Made by a program: the position numbers and the translations under genes. A DNA stretch of 64,000 bases, from NCBI RefSeq assembly GCF_041146345.1, contig NW_027191419.1, positions 310,001 to 374,000 of the forward strand, written 5' to 3'. Below, piece by piece: positions 47,411 through 60,556 of the stretch. Below the pieces are notes generated by a model, which was not told where the DNA came from, searched no databases, and saw nothing but the letters and a program-made list of their open reading frames with translations. Origin of the DNA: Neodothiora populina (Eukaryota). Each line of letters starts with the position of its first letter. The stretch's first letter is position 1.

Positions 47411-48875
47411 TGTGTACTATGCGCACCATCGAAGAAAGAGCTGGCCATAAGTTTCGATGAGCGGAGTGTTGTTCAGATGTGTCTGTTCTCCACGGATGGC
47501 CTTTGCTATCCGGACTCTTCTTCATTGCTGGTCCTTCGACTCGCAGGGCGACCAAGAGAAAAGCATATTGTCAAGCATGGTGTTGTCCATCCACACGGCC
47601 TTCTCAAGCTTGCACGTTCGAACGAAATGCGACTGGCGTCTCTTGCGCCGCACATCCGCCTGCTGTGAATCGGTTCCCCACGTGCGCATTACTCACATGC
47701 TACACAAAAACGCAGGTATAGTCGGACATTGGTAGACATGCTCGACTGTCCAGTACGAAGCAGCTCGGCTCCTACATCCGACGCCGTGGCTGCAATTTGT
47801 TCGCTGCTTCGCAAATGCAATTGCCGCTTGCGAGGGACGAACGCTTGTACCATGTGTAGCTCGCTGCTCGTGCTCGTGGCTGTGTGAAGCTGGACATGCT
47901 TACAATGTTCCAATCGTTTCAAACCAAAAGTTCGATAACCTTATCGAAAGCATGAACTTTACAGGGGTGCGCCTGAAAAGACGTTAGATCAGTCTCAGGC
48001 TGAGCCGGAGTTATTGAGCCAAGCTGGAAATGTCGACGGTTAATTCGTATAATGAGCCAATAGTGAAATTGCCCAACATTGTCCAGACGGACAAGACACA
48101 ATCTGCGGGACGAAATACGGTATTGCTTTTTCTTGAACAAAAATATGAAGCAGTGACCAGCAGGCATGATGACAGCCCAAAGATGATCAGACATTTAGTG
48201 CTGGTCTCTTGTCTCACATCTCGCCATGATGTACGAGTACAAACTCGCTTCGGCTCCGCGCGCTGGACCCAGCCCTTCTGGCGCGGCGCCCGGTAGCAGC
48301 AGCTGCGGCACAGCGGAGAGCGGGTGCGATGGTAATGTCAAGATCATGGAGTAGTACAAACATCTATCTAGCAGGGGCACAGCAGGAGACATATATGCAG
48401 AAAAGCAGATTCTGCCCATGACGCTTTCTTTCTTGTCCTAACTCAAGCCTCTGTGGACATGGTACGGATAGATGCGGAAGCCGTGCATTCTCATGGAAGC
48501 AGCGGAATAGGATCTTTGTCAGGTTTTGGAACATGGGATGAGCAGAAACTCCCGCTCGCTCGCCGCAAAGGAGCAATATGGGATGACCGTGCACTTAGCT
48601 TTTATGACATAACAGTCCCTAGTTCCATCCATAGACGGACTCAAGTAGTACGCAAGCCTTCGCTCTTCGCTCCTGGTCTGTCTGATTACAATCTTTCTGC
48701 GCTTGCTTCTTGCGACTTTGTCAGCTGTGATACCTGCGTTCTTGCTGTCTTTTTGCTTATTGTTCTGTCTCTGCCGCTGGCCTCTCTAGGCTGGATATGG
48801 ATGGTGTATCATCCTGATCTGCTCTGATATCTCCAGCTTCACAGCCCCGCTTCTGCGCATACCACGGCGACCAAC

Positions 48876-51055
48876 ATGTCGTATACATATGGTAAACAAG
48901 CGGCGCCTGCCCAGAAGAGCTGGTGGGACAAAACTCGGACTGGCGGGAAAGCTGGTGTGTGGATAGCCAACATGTAGTGTGGGTTTGCTTACTGACAACG
49001 GAAAAGGCTTCGATAAGATATATAACCTGGTCGATAAACTCGGCGCTCCCGTGAACAGATGGACCAACAAAATAGGCTCGGAAGCGTTCTGGCCTACTAC
49101 CTTGGACAAGGAGAGCGACAAGGCGGCCCGTATCCTGCGCAGTTTCTGCAGTAAGTTCTGTCGGCGTGTCTGTGGATTCAAGTGAATGGCGCTCACAGTT
49201 TCGTAACAGAGGATGGATTCTATCAAGAAGAGAAAGTGCAAACCGCGGATGGCCCAACCGCGAAGCAGCGTGTATTGAAAAAGATCCCTGCCGAGGTATG
49301 CGATACCCGTATCGTTACCCTTGGTCTGTTTCGCTGATGTCATATCTGCAGGTCATCAAAAACGCAAAGGGTCTCGCCATCTTCACAACGATGCGTACTG
49401 GTCTCTGGGTGTCTGGTGCCGGTGGCTCAGGTATCTTAGTTGCACGCACCGCTGATGGCGGCTGGTCTCCTCCTTCCGGCATCCTGCTGCACACCGCAGG
49501 TCTGGGGTTCCTGGTCGGAGTAGACATCTACGACTGCGTGGTTGTGATCAACACACAAAAGGCCTTGGATGCCTTCTCCAAGGTCAGATGCACCGTGGGA
49601 GGTGAGATCAGTGCAGTCGCTGGTCCAGTCGGTGCTGGTGGCATACTGGAGACCGAGCTACACAAGAGACAAGCACCGGTGTTCAACTACATGAAGTCGA
49701 GAGGCTTCTATGCTGGTGTCCAGATTGATGGCACAGTCATCATCGAGAGAACTGACGAAAACGAGCGATTCTACAACGAGAAGATCTCCGTAGGCGACAT
49801 CTTGGCTGGAAAGGTCAGGCATCCTCCCTACGAATGCCGCGGACTACTCGAGACCATCAAAGCGGCGCAAGGAGATCGAGACGTCGACCAAGCTCTAGTC
49901 CCGGAGGAGCCGCCGCCGGGTGACTATGAGGTCGACGATACAGGCCATCTCTTCGGTGTACCCGACAAAGAGGATCCTGATCCATACGGTGTTCTTGCAC
50001 TTGAAAAGGAGGGCATGTCTATCAGGGAAGCCGGAACACACAAGCGCGCAAGCTGGGAACAATTCGCATTCCAGCCTGCTCCTACGAGTCCAATCTACAG
50101 CACTTACAGCCGCTCGAGTATGGACAAGGCAAACAGAAACAGTACCAGAAGCAGCTGGAATCAAAGTGCGCCCGCTTCACACCTCAACAGCCCGGCAATT
50201 GATTCAGCCAGCACTATGGAGCCAAAGCGAAACACGCCATCCAGATCCATGACCGATATGTCCACGCAGACCGACGATCACGACGAGCCTCATTCGAGCC
50301 GGAGCAGTGTGCTCAGCGGACGACACAGCAACATGAATGACATCCCGGAAGACTCTGCCGCTCCAACCTCTCCTAGACCGAAGCCAACCAAGTCGGACTC
50401 GAATTCGGGTCGCCCTTCATCTGCCCGCATCAACACCTCAAACCCAAGCTCGCCAGTTCATTCTCTGCCGCCCAAGCCCGCGTTGCCAAAGCGAAGCTCA
50501 GAAGAGCACGAGGCAGAGGACGAAGCCGAGGATGGTCTGGAGGCTGGTGGAGATGATACAGCTGATGAGGCCGATGCGATCATTGAAGAGCCGGTCATAC
50601 ATGCGGTGCAAAAGGCCACGGCGCCACAGTTCATCACTCGCGCGCGCATGGTTGAGGTTCCAAAGAGGCTGCCGCCAAAGCTCCCTCCACGCAACCCGAA
50701 CCGTCGCGGCCCCATCATCATCAACGCCGAGCCAGGTGCCGAAGAGACATCAGAAAACGGCTCGGTCAGGTCTGGAAGCGCGTCTCCTACGCTGTCAACG
50801 CACAAAGCCGAGCTAGAGACCGACACACCAACCAAGGAGTCCAAGGACGACTTCACGGAAAAGTTCGAAGACATCACCATGTCATCCGGAGAGACCCCGG
50901 ACGAGACTCCTGATGAGACTCCCGACGAGTCGAGGAACCCGTGGAGCAACATCATTGCGAAGCACAATGCAAGCCAAGAGTCCGTGGACATCCCTGGAGC
51001 ATTCCACTCGCTGCCTCCCACTCCAGGCGAGAGCACCGAACACACCAAGGCATAA
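48876..51055 (+). CDS. Ysc84/SYLF actin- and lipid-binding domain protein (no SH3 seen)
   Basis: ATG 48876, three introns; ESDKAARILRSF, KIPAEVIKNAKGLAIF, SGAGGSG, WSPPSGI, AVAGPVG, KSRGFYAGVQIDG, ERTDENERFY. Confidence 0.9.
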
Positions 51056-51884
51056 ATGCTGCAAACTAATATATCATAATACACGCTTACGAGGTGGATC
51101 AAGAACGGTTGAGGAGTTTGAACGATTTGACGAACTATCGGGGGTTGCGGGCACAGCGACAAGTCAAAGGTGTTGTCCGTTGCATGGAATTGTTTTGTTT
51201 TTCTGGATATACCATTTATTATGCGACCCGCTCAAAATGTAGCATTTGTTGCTTTTTCGAAGATCCTGAATCACAGATCCTTTGCATGAGGGAATGCACT
51301 ACTCCGTATACACAGTCGTCTTGCCTCGAAATATTGTAGAAATATTGCCGATGAAGCCGCACAAGTGGTAGTCCATGTGTTGGATGACCCCGTGACTCTG
51401 CGACAATACTGATGTCAGTGGCTATGCACGCCTTGCATTAAGGCTTAGCAGGGCTCAGCAGCTGCACAGGTCCGTACCGATCATCGTCACAACATATCCT
51501 TTGGTCACGATATATTCCTCCGCATGACAGAGGAATGCTGCCATTGGCCGCTCATACTTCCAGGCATCGTGCAAATCATTCTAGAGTCATGCGGAGTGTT
51601 AAGGTTCGGTTTTTAAGCATTCTGTCGCATCTTCCATTGTCTTCGCCCCCCAGAACGTGCCGCATTACCCTTTGATCCTTTACCTGAAATTGAATTGTAC
51701 AAGTATCAGAAAGTACTTAAGTACCTGCCATTCCTTGCAACGCCTCTATTGTCAATGACATAGTCGCCTTTTGTGCCCAATTCAAACCAGCTAAATACCC
51801 ATCAACAATCCATCTAATCATCAAATACACCATTAAGCATCTGATCCGACTTTGCATATACACTGCATTACCCTCGTCTCAATC

Positions 51885-52781
51885 ATGAAGATCACCAGCG
51901 CCATTCTCACATTTGCCGCGATATGCACGACGGCGCAGAGTGCTGCTATTCCTGTCGAAGATGTATCATCACTCTCCCTTCGGTCTACCGTTGGCGAATT
52001 GATGGTGCCGTATGAAAGCGAGAACACGCTCGAGAAGCGCAAAGGGGGAGGCGGCGGTGGTGGTGGCAAAGGCGGCGGCTCTTCGAGCAGTAGCTCCGGT
52101 AGCAGCTCCAGTGGATCAAGCAGTGGCAGCAGTGGATCGAGCAGTGGTTCCAGCTCTGGCTCCAGCGGTAGCTCTAGTGGCGGCCGCTCAGGAAGTGGCC
52201 TGTCTTCCGGCTCTTCCAACACTGGCGGCCGCACATCATCAGGCAGCGGAGTCGCACCAGCTTATGGAGGCGGTCGCTACTACTCAGGCGGCGCTGCTGC
52301 TCCTTACCGCTCCGGAGGTCGCTCTCCCGGTGGAGTCGCTCCTTACCTGATTGGTTTCGGCGCTCTTGGTTTCGCAGGTGCCTATGCCTACGGTGCTTAC
52401 CTCTACCCATACGGCCACCCTTACAGTTTCCGCAATCAGTCGAACCCCAACAACTCAACCAACACCACTCTCCCGGTCAGCTGCTTCTGTCAGGAATACC
52501 AAGAGTGCGGCTGCGACAACAACACCGATTCGAGCTATCTCGACTCAATCATAGGTAACGGCAGCGCAAGCGCCCTGAACTCCACGGTCGCCAAAATCGC
52601 CGACATCAATGGAACAAGCACACTTCTTGTCAACGGTACTCTACCCAATGGAACTACGGCTTCCGGAGGTAGCGATGACTCTTCTTCTTCGAGCTCTACC
52701 TCTAGTGCTATTCGACTAGCCGAGTCGAGTGGATGGTGGTTCATTGCTGCATCCGTTTCTCTCGCTGTATTCAGCATGTAG
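51885..52781 (+). CDS. Secreted Gly/Ser-rich, probably GPI-anchored protein
   Basis: Signal peptide MKITSAILTFAAIC, LEKR dibasic site, G/S tract, CFCQEYQECGCD, NGTLPNGTTA, hydrophobic C-terminal tail. Confidence 0.85.
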   Translation: MKITSAILTFAAICTTAQSAAIPVEDVSSLSLRSTVGELMVPYESENTLEKRKGGGGGGGGKGGGSSSSSSGSSSSGSSSGSSGSSSGSSSGSSGSSSGGRSGSGLSSGSSNTGGRTSSGSGVAPAYGGGRYYSGGAAAPYRSGGRSPGGVAPYLIGFGALGFAGAYAYGAYLYPYGHPYSFRNQSNPNNSTNTTLPVSCFCQEYQECGCDNNTDSSYLDSIIGNGSASALNSTVAKIADINGTSTLLVNGTLPNGTTASGGSDDSSSSSSTSSAIRLAESSGWWFIAASVSLAVFSM

Positions 52782-54166
52782 AAGGACCTTGCCATTGTTT
52801 TCTTTTCTTTCTTATATAACTTTTCATGGTCTGACGAGACCACTCATCTTACGAAGTCTATGACGTTGGGGATACGCTTGCTGCCATTGAATGGCGGTGT
52901 ATGATCGGATGCCGATGCTCTCGCATAATATGCAGAGGCTTTCTTGGTCACCCTGGTTTGATTGTATATACGCTTGTACCAATATGAATATATGCCGACA
53001 TTTCGCTTATCAATGGCCTGCTGCATTATGAGATAACAAGAGTTCAACATATCCCATAGAAGTCAAAGTGCATAAGATATGGGAGTAAGCATGCCGGCTG
53101 TGCCCTACTCTATGGCAAGCCATGACGGCGACCACTACCAGTCCCCAGGGCTATAGTTGTCTGCAATGATCAGAGCTATGTCGATCAGGCACGATGATCT
53201 GGCATGAAAGCCTGTTAGATCAATCCACCAATCTCATAGTAACAATAACACTATTATGAGCCGAACAGGGTCGCCCCATGTCTCGACTGCTGTGCCTTAC
53301 CACAGCATATATTATTGTAGGGTGTGTTCGATACTACCAATCACAGTAGCATTATTGATGGTTCTTCTGTATCTGTATCATTGTGGTCAAGAGGCACCGA
53401 ACACTCTCTAAGACACTTGCATTTGTGTCGAGTCCAACCCAGGCATACGGATCTGATACGATTGACTTTGTTGCATACTCGAACACCAAGTACTACACGG
53501 GACATCCATGGCAGTCTTTACTGTATAATATTGGGATTGGCGGGATACCCGTCACGAAAGGCACCAATAGCTATTCGCAAGAAGGATGTCTCATCCCCTA
53601 ATTCAATGGCTATATCGAGGCATGCATGTATTACATCTCCAACAACTTAGAATAGTCGCAAAGTCCCAGCCTGGGAATCAAATATCACTAAACAAAAGCT
53701 GCAGGGACTGGCCTTATACAAGGACTCTCACCAGTCTGCTCCCACTACAAGGCTGAAATGCCAATCCGCTTCTCACCTCAGAAAATTGCTTTACTCATTC
53801 GCTGAAACACATCGTTTGCGCTTCCTTCGCCACCTGAGGTAAGGTAAGGTACTCTATTCGAGAGCGTGACCTCCAAGACCCGATCGCTGCACAAGTGACG
53901 AGCAGGCCAAGCCGAATTCGCGCGCGGCGCAGGGGTCCCAAGCAGGCAACGTACAAGCCCAGACAGAGCAGCAGTCATTGATTTAATAATACCCAAAGGT
54001 GCTGCGGTACGCAATAACATTACCATTTCACCATCACTTGCCACTTTTTTACCCCCAGCCTGGACCTTATAGTCACCTACTGTTACGTCTTACCTACCTC
54101 TCTTATTGACACGCGCAGCAAAGTCTCTCGGCTCTTCTCCATATCGTCTTGACTACTACCTGCCTC

Positions 54167-55072
54167 ATGGCTTTCTTCTTCACGTGCGGAACGCATACGT
54201 TCAAGTCTTTGCTCCAAGGATACGAGAACATCACAGCGCAGGTAAGCAAACAGCCATCTCAAGCTTTCGACCAGCGGAGGAAGACAAGGGCAGGGCAGGG
54301 AGTCTCGCGCTGCGCTGCGCTGCGTTGCGCTGGGACATTTGGAGAATTGATTGTTTGACTGATTGTTTGGTGAACACAACAGTGCCAGAACTGCGGCAAT
54401 TTCTCCGCCAAAGGTTAGTAGTGAGGCAATGCTTACCTACCTTAGGCAATTGTTTGTTTTATTCTTGTTAGCAGTCGGATTTTTTGCTAACAGTTCATTG
54501 TTCATAGTGTACAAACGTTGGTCAGTGATATACCCTTTCTATATGCACAAACCCGTCGATTTTCTCGTTGCCGCTGCTGCTGCTGCTGCGACTGGGTTGT
54601 TTTTCCAGTAGTGAGTAACTAGGGCGGGCTGACGAGGGCGCGTACTTTAGGCAATGGTTCACCTTTTGTTTCATCGTAAGTGAAAACATGCGACCACCAT
54701 CAGCACCGCACGAATTTCCCCATATTAGAGGCACCACAGGGCTGGCTGGCTAACAAAAAGACGCGCGCGTTTAGCCGGTGGTTCCCTTCTCGCTCAAACC
54801 CTATCACGACGTTGGATGTCATATATGTAACTTCTTTCAAGATGTCAAGTAAGTCATCAGTTTGCGACGCCGAGTGCTTTAAGTTTTGTTCATTTTATTA
54901 ATGATGTTTTTTTTCGTTCAGGTATCGGCCGGACGTGCAGGCTCAAATGAATGGTGGTGGTGGTGGTGGTGGTGGTGGGCAGCAGAATATACCCATGCAG
55001 CCATATCCACAGCAGGGTGGTCCACCTGGCGGTCAACAGGTCAACGCGGGGAAGCCTGCGCAGTACGTGTGA
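54167..55072 (+). CDS. Small zinc-ribbon protein, YBL029C-A/UPF0768-like; six exons
   Basis: Exons 54167-54241, 54383-54413, 54508-54520, 54651-54675, 54775-54848, 54922-55072 splice in frame to MAFFFTCG...AQCQNCGNFSAKVYKRWQWFTFCFIPVVPFSLKPYHDVGCHICNFFQDVKYRPDVQAQMNGGGG...YV*. Confidence 0.88.
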
Positions 55073-55636
55073 AAGTATAGGTACTTTTCTTTCACTGCTT
55101 GTCCAACAAAAGACGCAGCCGCCAGAAAGGGACCTGTGGAGAGCGGGCTGTTTGCTGGACTGTCGCGTAACAGCGATTGCGCGTGGACGATCAGCATATT
55201 GTGTTATTCGGAGGTTTGGGAGAGGAGTACTGCGATTGCGACACTCAGAATTATACCATTATCGAGCAATTCTTTCTAATACACGTAGTATTTGTTCGTT
55301 TACTTTTTTAAACCATGCAAGGAGCTCAAACAGTCATCGTCATCCAAGTCGTCGCAGGATTCGACCAATGGAATGGTCTCACGGACCAGGCGCGCTCTTT
55401 AAGCAAAGCTCGTTAGTGGACGCAGTTTTCCTTTGAACGCTCGCCCAGCCTTTCTGCCCTCCCCCTCCCTCGCTCCCCAGCCACCCGAAGGAAGAGTGAA
55501 TCCCTCCACACCTTCTTTACCTATCCTACCACAATTTTCGGTGCCTCGACTTCTTATCCAGACCCTGCAGAAAAACACTGAGGGGAATTTTTCCTTCCTT
55601 TGACATAAATCTTGTTTATTTAAGGCCGGAGCATAC

Positions 55637-57027
55637 ATGGCCAAACCCAAGCAGACTAAAGCCGCCGAGGCGAAACCTGGGCAATTGACCATCCAGGTCG
55701 ATCAGCAGGAGTTCGTCCGCACGCGCGACGCGGTATGAAATCCCTTTTTTCTCTTTCCTGTGGCTGCCAATGTGGACAAGTATTTATGGCGATTGTGCGC
55801 GCATATGAATCTGCAGAGAACACTGTGTTGTAGTGATGAGATGATTGCATCGTATCCGTCATGGTTGTCACCTCTGTGTTGACCACGGCGCGTCGCGTCG
55901 CGTCGGAATGTTTTTTTGGTCGTCGCTTGTAGGAGCAGCAGAGCGCAAGACAGCGCAAACAAAACCAATAAACACGAACTGACTTTTCTCTCACCTGTAG
56001 TTGATCACGTCGTGGGTCACTCTCGAGGGCGCGCTCAGAGACGCTACGCGCGCGTACATCAGCCACTCCAATGCCGTCCTCGCAGGCACCAAGTCGGTCC
56101 TGGACACGAGCAACCTCGACCTCACAACCTTTGTCGTCAACCAGCTTCCCCCCGTCGCGGCTGATGTCAAGGGAGATGAGCCAACCGAGGCAAAGGCGAA
56201 GCTGAAGCGTCAGCGGAAGCCCAAGGATCCCAACGCGCCTAAGCGTCCGCTCACAGCCTACCTTGCTTGGTTAGGCGACAACCGTCAGAGGATCCACGCC
56301 GAACTCGGCTCCGGTCAAGGAAGAGGCGGCATCTCTTCTGAGGGTACCAAGAGATGGCACGCCCTGTCCGACGCGACCAAACAGGTTTGTCAGAGATAAA
56401 ACCTCGTGACTTTGCATGACTGACGAAATTGTCCAGGACTACAAGGATAAGTACGAAAAAGAGACCGAGAAGTACAAGGAAGAACTTGCCGCCTACAAAG
56501 CGCGTGGTGGCGGCGCGTTGCCCGCAGAAGACGAGGATGAGGCGGAAGACGAGGTGGACGCCGACGAACAGCTTGTGGAAGCTGCACCTGCCGCAGCAGC
56601 TGCTGAGACCGCTTCGCCAACCGATTCCGATTCGGACAGCGACAGCGATGCGGACGGTGAGAAAGCAATGCCTCCCCCGAAGGCGCCTACCCCTCCACCC
56701 GTCAAGACCCCTCGCTCTGCAAAGAAGGCGAGCGCCAAAAAGGCCCCAGCAGTCCCTGCTTCGTCTCCTCCTCTTCCTGCTTCTTCTCCGGCTAAGAACG
56801 CCGCTTTCACTGCGGTCAACGGAGCCGCAAAGCGTAAGAATGCCTCCAAGGCCGAACCTGCCGAAGAGCCCAAGAAGAAGAGGACCCGAAAGGAGGTCAC
56901 CAAGGATGCTGCGCCGGCTTCCACTCCTGTAGAGGCGGCCAAGGAGCCCGAAGAGGCACCCAGCACCACCAAGAGGGAGAAGAGGGACAGGAAGAAGAGC
57001 CGCAAGAGTCAAGGCGGAGACGCCTAA
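55637..57027 (+). CDS. HMG-box non-histone chromatin protein (Hmo1-like)
   Basis: Exons 55637-55732, 56001-56384, 56438-57027; KDPNAPKRPLTAY...WHALSDATKQDYKDKYEKE; acidic stretch and Lys-rich tail. Confidence 0.9.
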
Positions 57028-57996
57028 GCTCTCGGGGAACTTGAAGTCATTCGAAATTACTGTTGTCCGTGTAACCATGGGAGGTCAATCCGTGTTAGTT
57101 GTCATTGTGCTGTCCCCTCCAGGCGTTTGTTTGTCAGTATCGGGTGTTATATTGCTAGGCCGACTGTATAAGTGTACACAAGAATGATGTACAATTACTC
57201 GCATCTATCACCAATTGGAGACATGTTCGGGAGCGTAAACATCAGTTTTGACTAGCTATAAAACTTGTCCCTCTAGTTTGTTTTGCTGTAAGATGACGCA
57301 CTCCCCATTTGGCCTGCCTTAGAGAAAGAAGAGTTTCCATAAGCGTTCAACGACTTTCGTGTCGTTTTGTAGATGCTGCGGTAAAGTAGAATGAAGAAGG
57401 GCACTCTCGTCGTTACCGTATGCAGAGAAATTCCTACTTGCATCAGAGACGTCTACGTATCCCCCTTACATCTCGTTTAAAAGTGTGGAAACGAGCTTTG
57501 TCATTGACACTTTACCTTACCTTGGCCTGTCCGTTAAAGTCCGTGAAGCTTTCGCCTGTAACTGGACAGCAAGGTACAGTATGCATAGCGGGGGCTTCCT
57601 GGCGTGGGGTCATCGCAAACAGGCTGTGAGTACCTTAAGAAAGTGGAAGCTAATTGTTCACATCTTGGAGAAGGCCTGTGGCTGACAACCGTGCACCCCC
57701 AAAATCGATGATCCGTATCAGTAGTGACGTGACCTACGCAGCGGGGACTTTGTTGTCATCAGTGGATCTAACGAATCAGGCGCAGCCGATTACCAGTGCT
57801 TCCATCATAATGGTAGGAATGCAGTCCGCATTCAGATGTCGACGTAAACACTTTTTGTGTGCGAGTGAGGGGTTGGGGGGCTTTGAGCGGGTTCTTGCTG
57901 TAATCTCAGTGGATAGATAGCTATTATTGCCCATTCCTTCATGCAATCTTTCCCACCTTTTGAACCGTGTGTGTATCGAGACATTAATTGTGCCTT

Positions 57997-59903
57997 ATGC
58001 TTCTCCTCAGACCTTTCCAAGCAGCATCTCAATCTCGACAAGCCTCGTTTGTAGTAGGACAATTCAAGAAGACTCTATACTTTAGACGTCAACAGCGAGC
58101 CGCCTTCTCCGCATATACTCCAAGAATGGCTGCCACCGAGTACAAGCTCAAGGGGTTGACTTCCATCGACCTGAAGAACGGGGACAAGAAAGAGGCAGAA
58201 GTCGAAGGCATTGAGGGTGGAAAGATCCTTCTTGCCAAAATCAAGGATGAGGTTCATGCCATGAGTGCCAACTGCACTCATTACGGTGCACCACTCGTCA
58301 AAGGTGTCCTGACCAAGGAGGGAAGAATTACTTGCCCATGGCACGGAGGTCAGAAGAACTGCAGAATCTATTTGGAAAATTCTCGACTGACACAACTCAC
58401 TCAGCCTGTTTCAGTGTTGCCTCTGGCGATGTCGAAGACGCTCCGGCCTTGGATCCTCTTGCCAAGTTCAAGGTCTACGAAAAGGACGGCGGCGTCTACA
58501 TCAAAGGCGAAGAGAAAGTCATCAAGGCCAACAGACGCAAACTCAACATCAAGTGTGCTTCTGTCAAGGCTGCTGATAAGGTTGTGATTATCGGAAGGTA
58601 CGTCAGCGTTAGGTGGCAAATCTCATCAAGTACAGACACTAACCCGCACGACAGTGGCAGCGGTGCTTTGGGAGCCATGGAGGGTCTCCGTGCTGGCGGA
58701 TACACTGGAGAAGTCACCGTCATCTCGAGAGAAGGAATGCAACCAATCGACAGAACCAAGCTATCCAAGGCCTTGATCACTGATCAATCAACACTGGAAT
58801 GGCGAACTCTGGACTTCTACAAGGAAGCCTCAATCAACTTCGTATGGAGCAACGTGACCTCTGTTGATTTCGACAAGAAGAGTGTCAGGACGGACGATGG
58901 CAAAGCCTACGGCTTCACTAAGCTCATCATGGCTTCTGGCGGTTCCCCGAACCAGCTGCCCATGGACGGGCTGAAGGGTGACCTGGAGAATGTTTTCCTC
59001 CTTCGCTCCCTGTCTCATGCACAGGCCATCATGAAGGCCGCTGGCGAGGATGGTGGCAAGAAGGTCGTCGTCATCGGAAGCTCCTTCATCGGTATGGAAG
59101 TAGGAAACTGTCTCGCCTCAAAGAAGCACAACGTCACCATCATCGGCATGGAGAAGCAGCCCATGGGTAGAGTCATGGGCGACAAGGTCGGCGCCATCTT
59201 CAAGGCCCTTCTGGAAAAGTCTGGCGTCAAGTTCCTTATGGAGAGCTCCGTGGAGAAGGCCTTGCCGTCCAAGTCCGATTCTTCCAAGGTTGGCACTGTG
59301 CAGTTGAAGGGCGGAGAAACCCTGGAAGCAGACATCGTCATTGAGGGTGTCGGTATCAAGCCTTCCACAGACTACCTCAAGGAATGCAAGGAGATCAAGC
59401 TGCTCGACGATGGCTCGGTGCGAGTGAACGAGCTGTTCGAGGTCGAGGGTCTCAAGGATGTGTTTGCCATTGGAGATATCGCCACTTACCCATATCACGG
59501 TCCCGGAGGAAAGGGCACTCCTGTCCGTATTGAGCACTGGGATGTTGCTCAAAATGCAGGACGTGCGGTTGCCGCAAAGATCAACGATCCGTCTTCGACT
59601 CCTAAACAATTCATCCCCGTGTTTTGGTCGGCCTTGGGCGCTCAGCTTCGGTACTGCGGAAACACGGTCAATGGCTACGACGATGTCATTGTGCAAGGCG
59701 AGACTGATGCCCAGAAGGGTCCCAGCTTCGTTGCCTACTACTCATTGGGAGAGGAGATTGTTGCAGTCGCAAGCATGATGAAGGACCCATACATGACTCA
59801 GGCAGCAGAGCTGATGAGAAGATGCGCCATGCCTTCCAAGAGCGACATTCAGAATGGTGCCGATATCATGGGAATCAGTGTGCCATCCCAGATCAAGATA
59901 TGA
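57997..59903 (+). CDS. AIF-like Rieske [2Fe-2S] / FAD-dependent pyridine nucleotide-disulfide oxidoreductase
   Basis: Rieske CTHYG...CPWHGA, IIGSGSGA, DRTKLSK, VIGSSFIGME, AIGDIA, RIEHW; introns 58349-58404 and 58598-58653. Confidence 0.93.
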
Positions 59904-60556
59904 TGGCTTTCATGAAAACTGTAATGTTGTCTATGGAATATTAATAATAATGATTAGCACCACTTTTGACAAGAGCTGCACAGGTGAGAGCCCTAAGACA
60001 CTACTTTCAATTCAAACACTATCGTGATTATAGCAGGGGTTCTCGGTCCCTTCCAGGTGCGCAGCATATGCCGTGACTTCGCCCCACATGCGTCTCTCAA
60101 TCTCGCTGCTCTATTCGGAGCAAATGTGCACGCTCGATGGTATCCGTTTCGGCAACTACGGATAGTTTTTAGCCCCAATGGTGCTCGATCATTTGCAGAA
60201 CTTGCTCCTTCCCCGCTTATTTAGCACCAGCATTCAAAACGTTTGTGTAAAGGCGAGATACAAATGCTATATTATTGAAACGGAAAGCCACGCCGCTGAC
60301 GATCTCTCAAGACACGAATCGAGTCCCAGTGTTGCCGGTCGGTGATACGGGTCTTGGCATAGATGGTGGGCTGGAGATGATATGCACTTCCCCAGGCCCC
60401 CATTCGTCCTTCCTGCAAGGTACAATCGGGGCACGACAACAAAGAACAAAGAATACAGAGTAACTATGAGTTTCCTTGTAGTGCTGGAGTTGAGCCAAGA
60501 TCGTACAGAGCGTCAGTCTATCACCGAACTGGCGCTAGAGCTTGTTGACAGCAGAA

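Noticed and set aside
56251..57078. Long antisense ORFs over coding genes (also 7778-8452, 27746-28504, 42434-43147, 50458-51162)
   Set aside because: Shadows of GC-rich or low-complexity sense coding sequence
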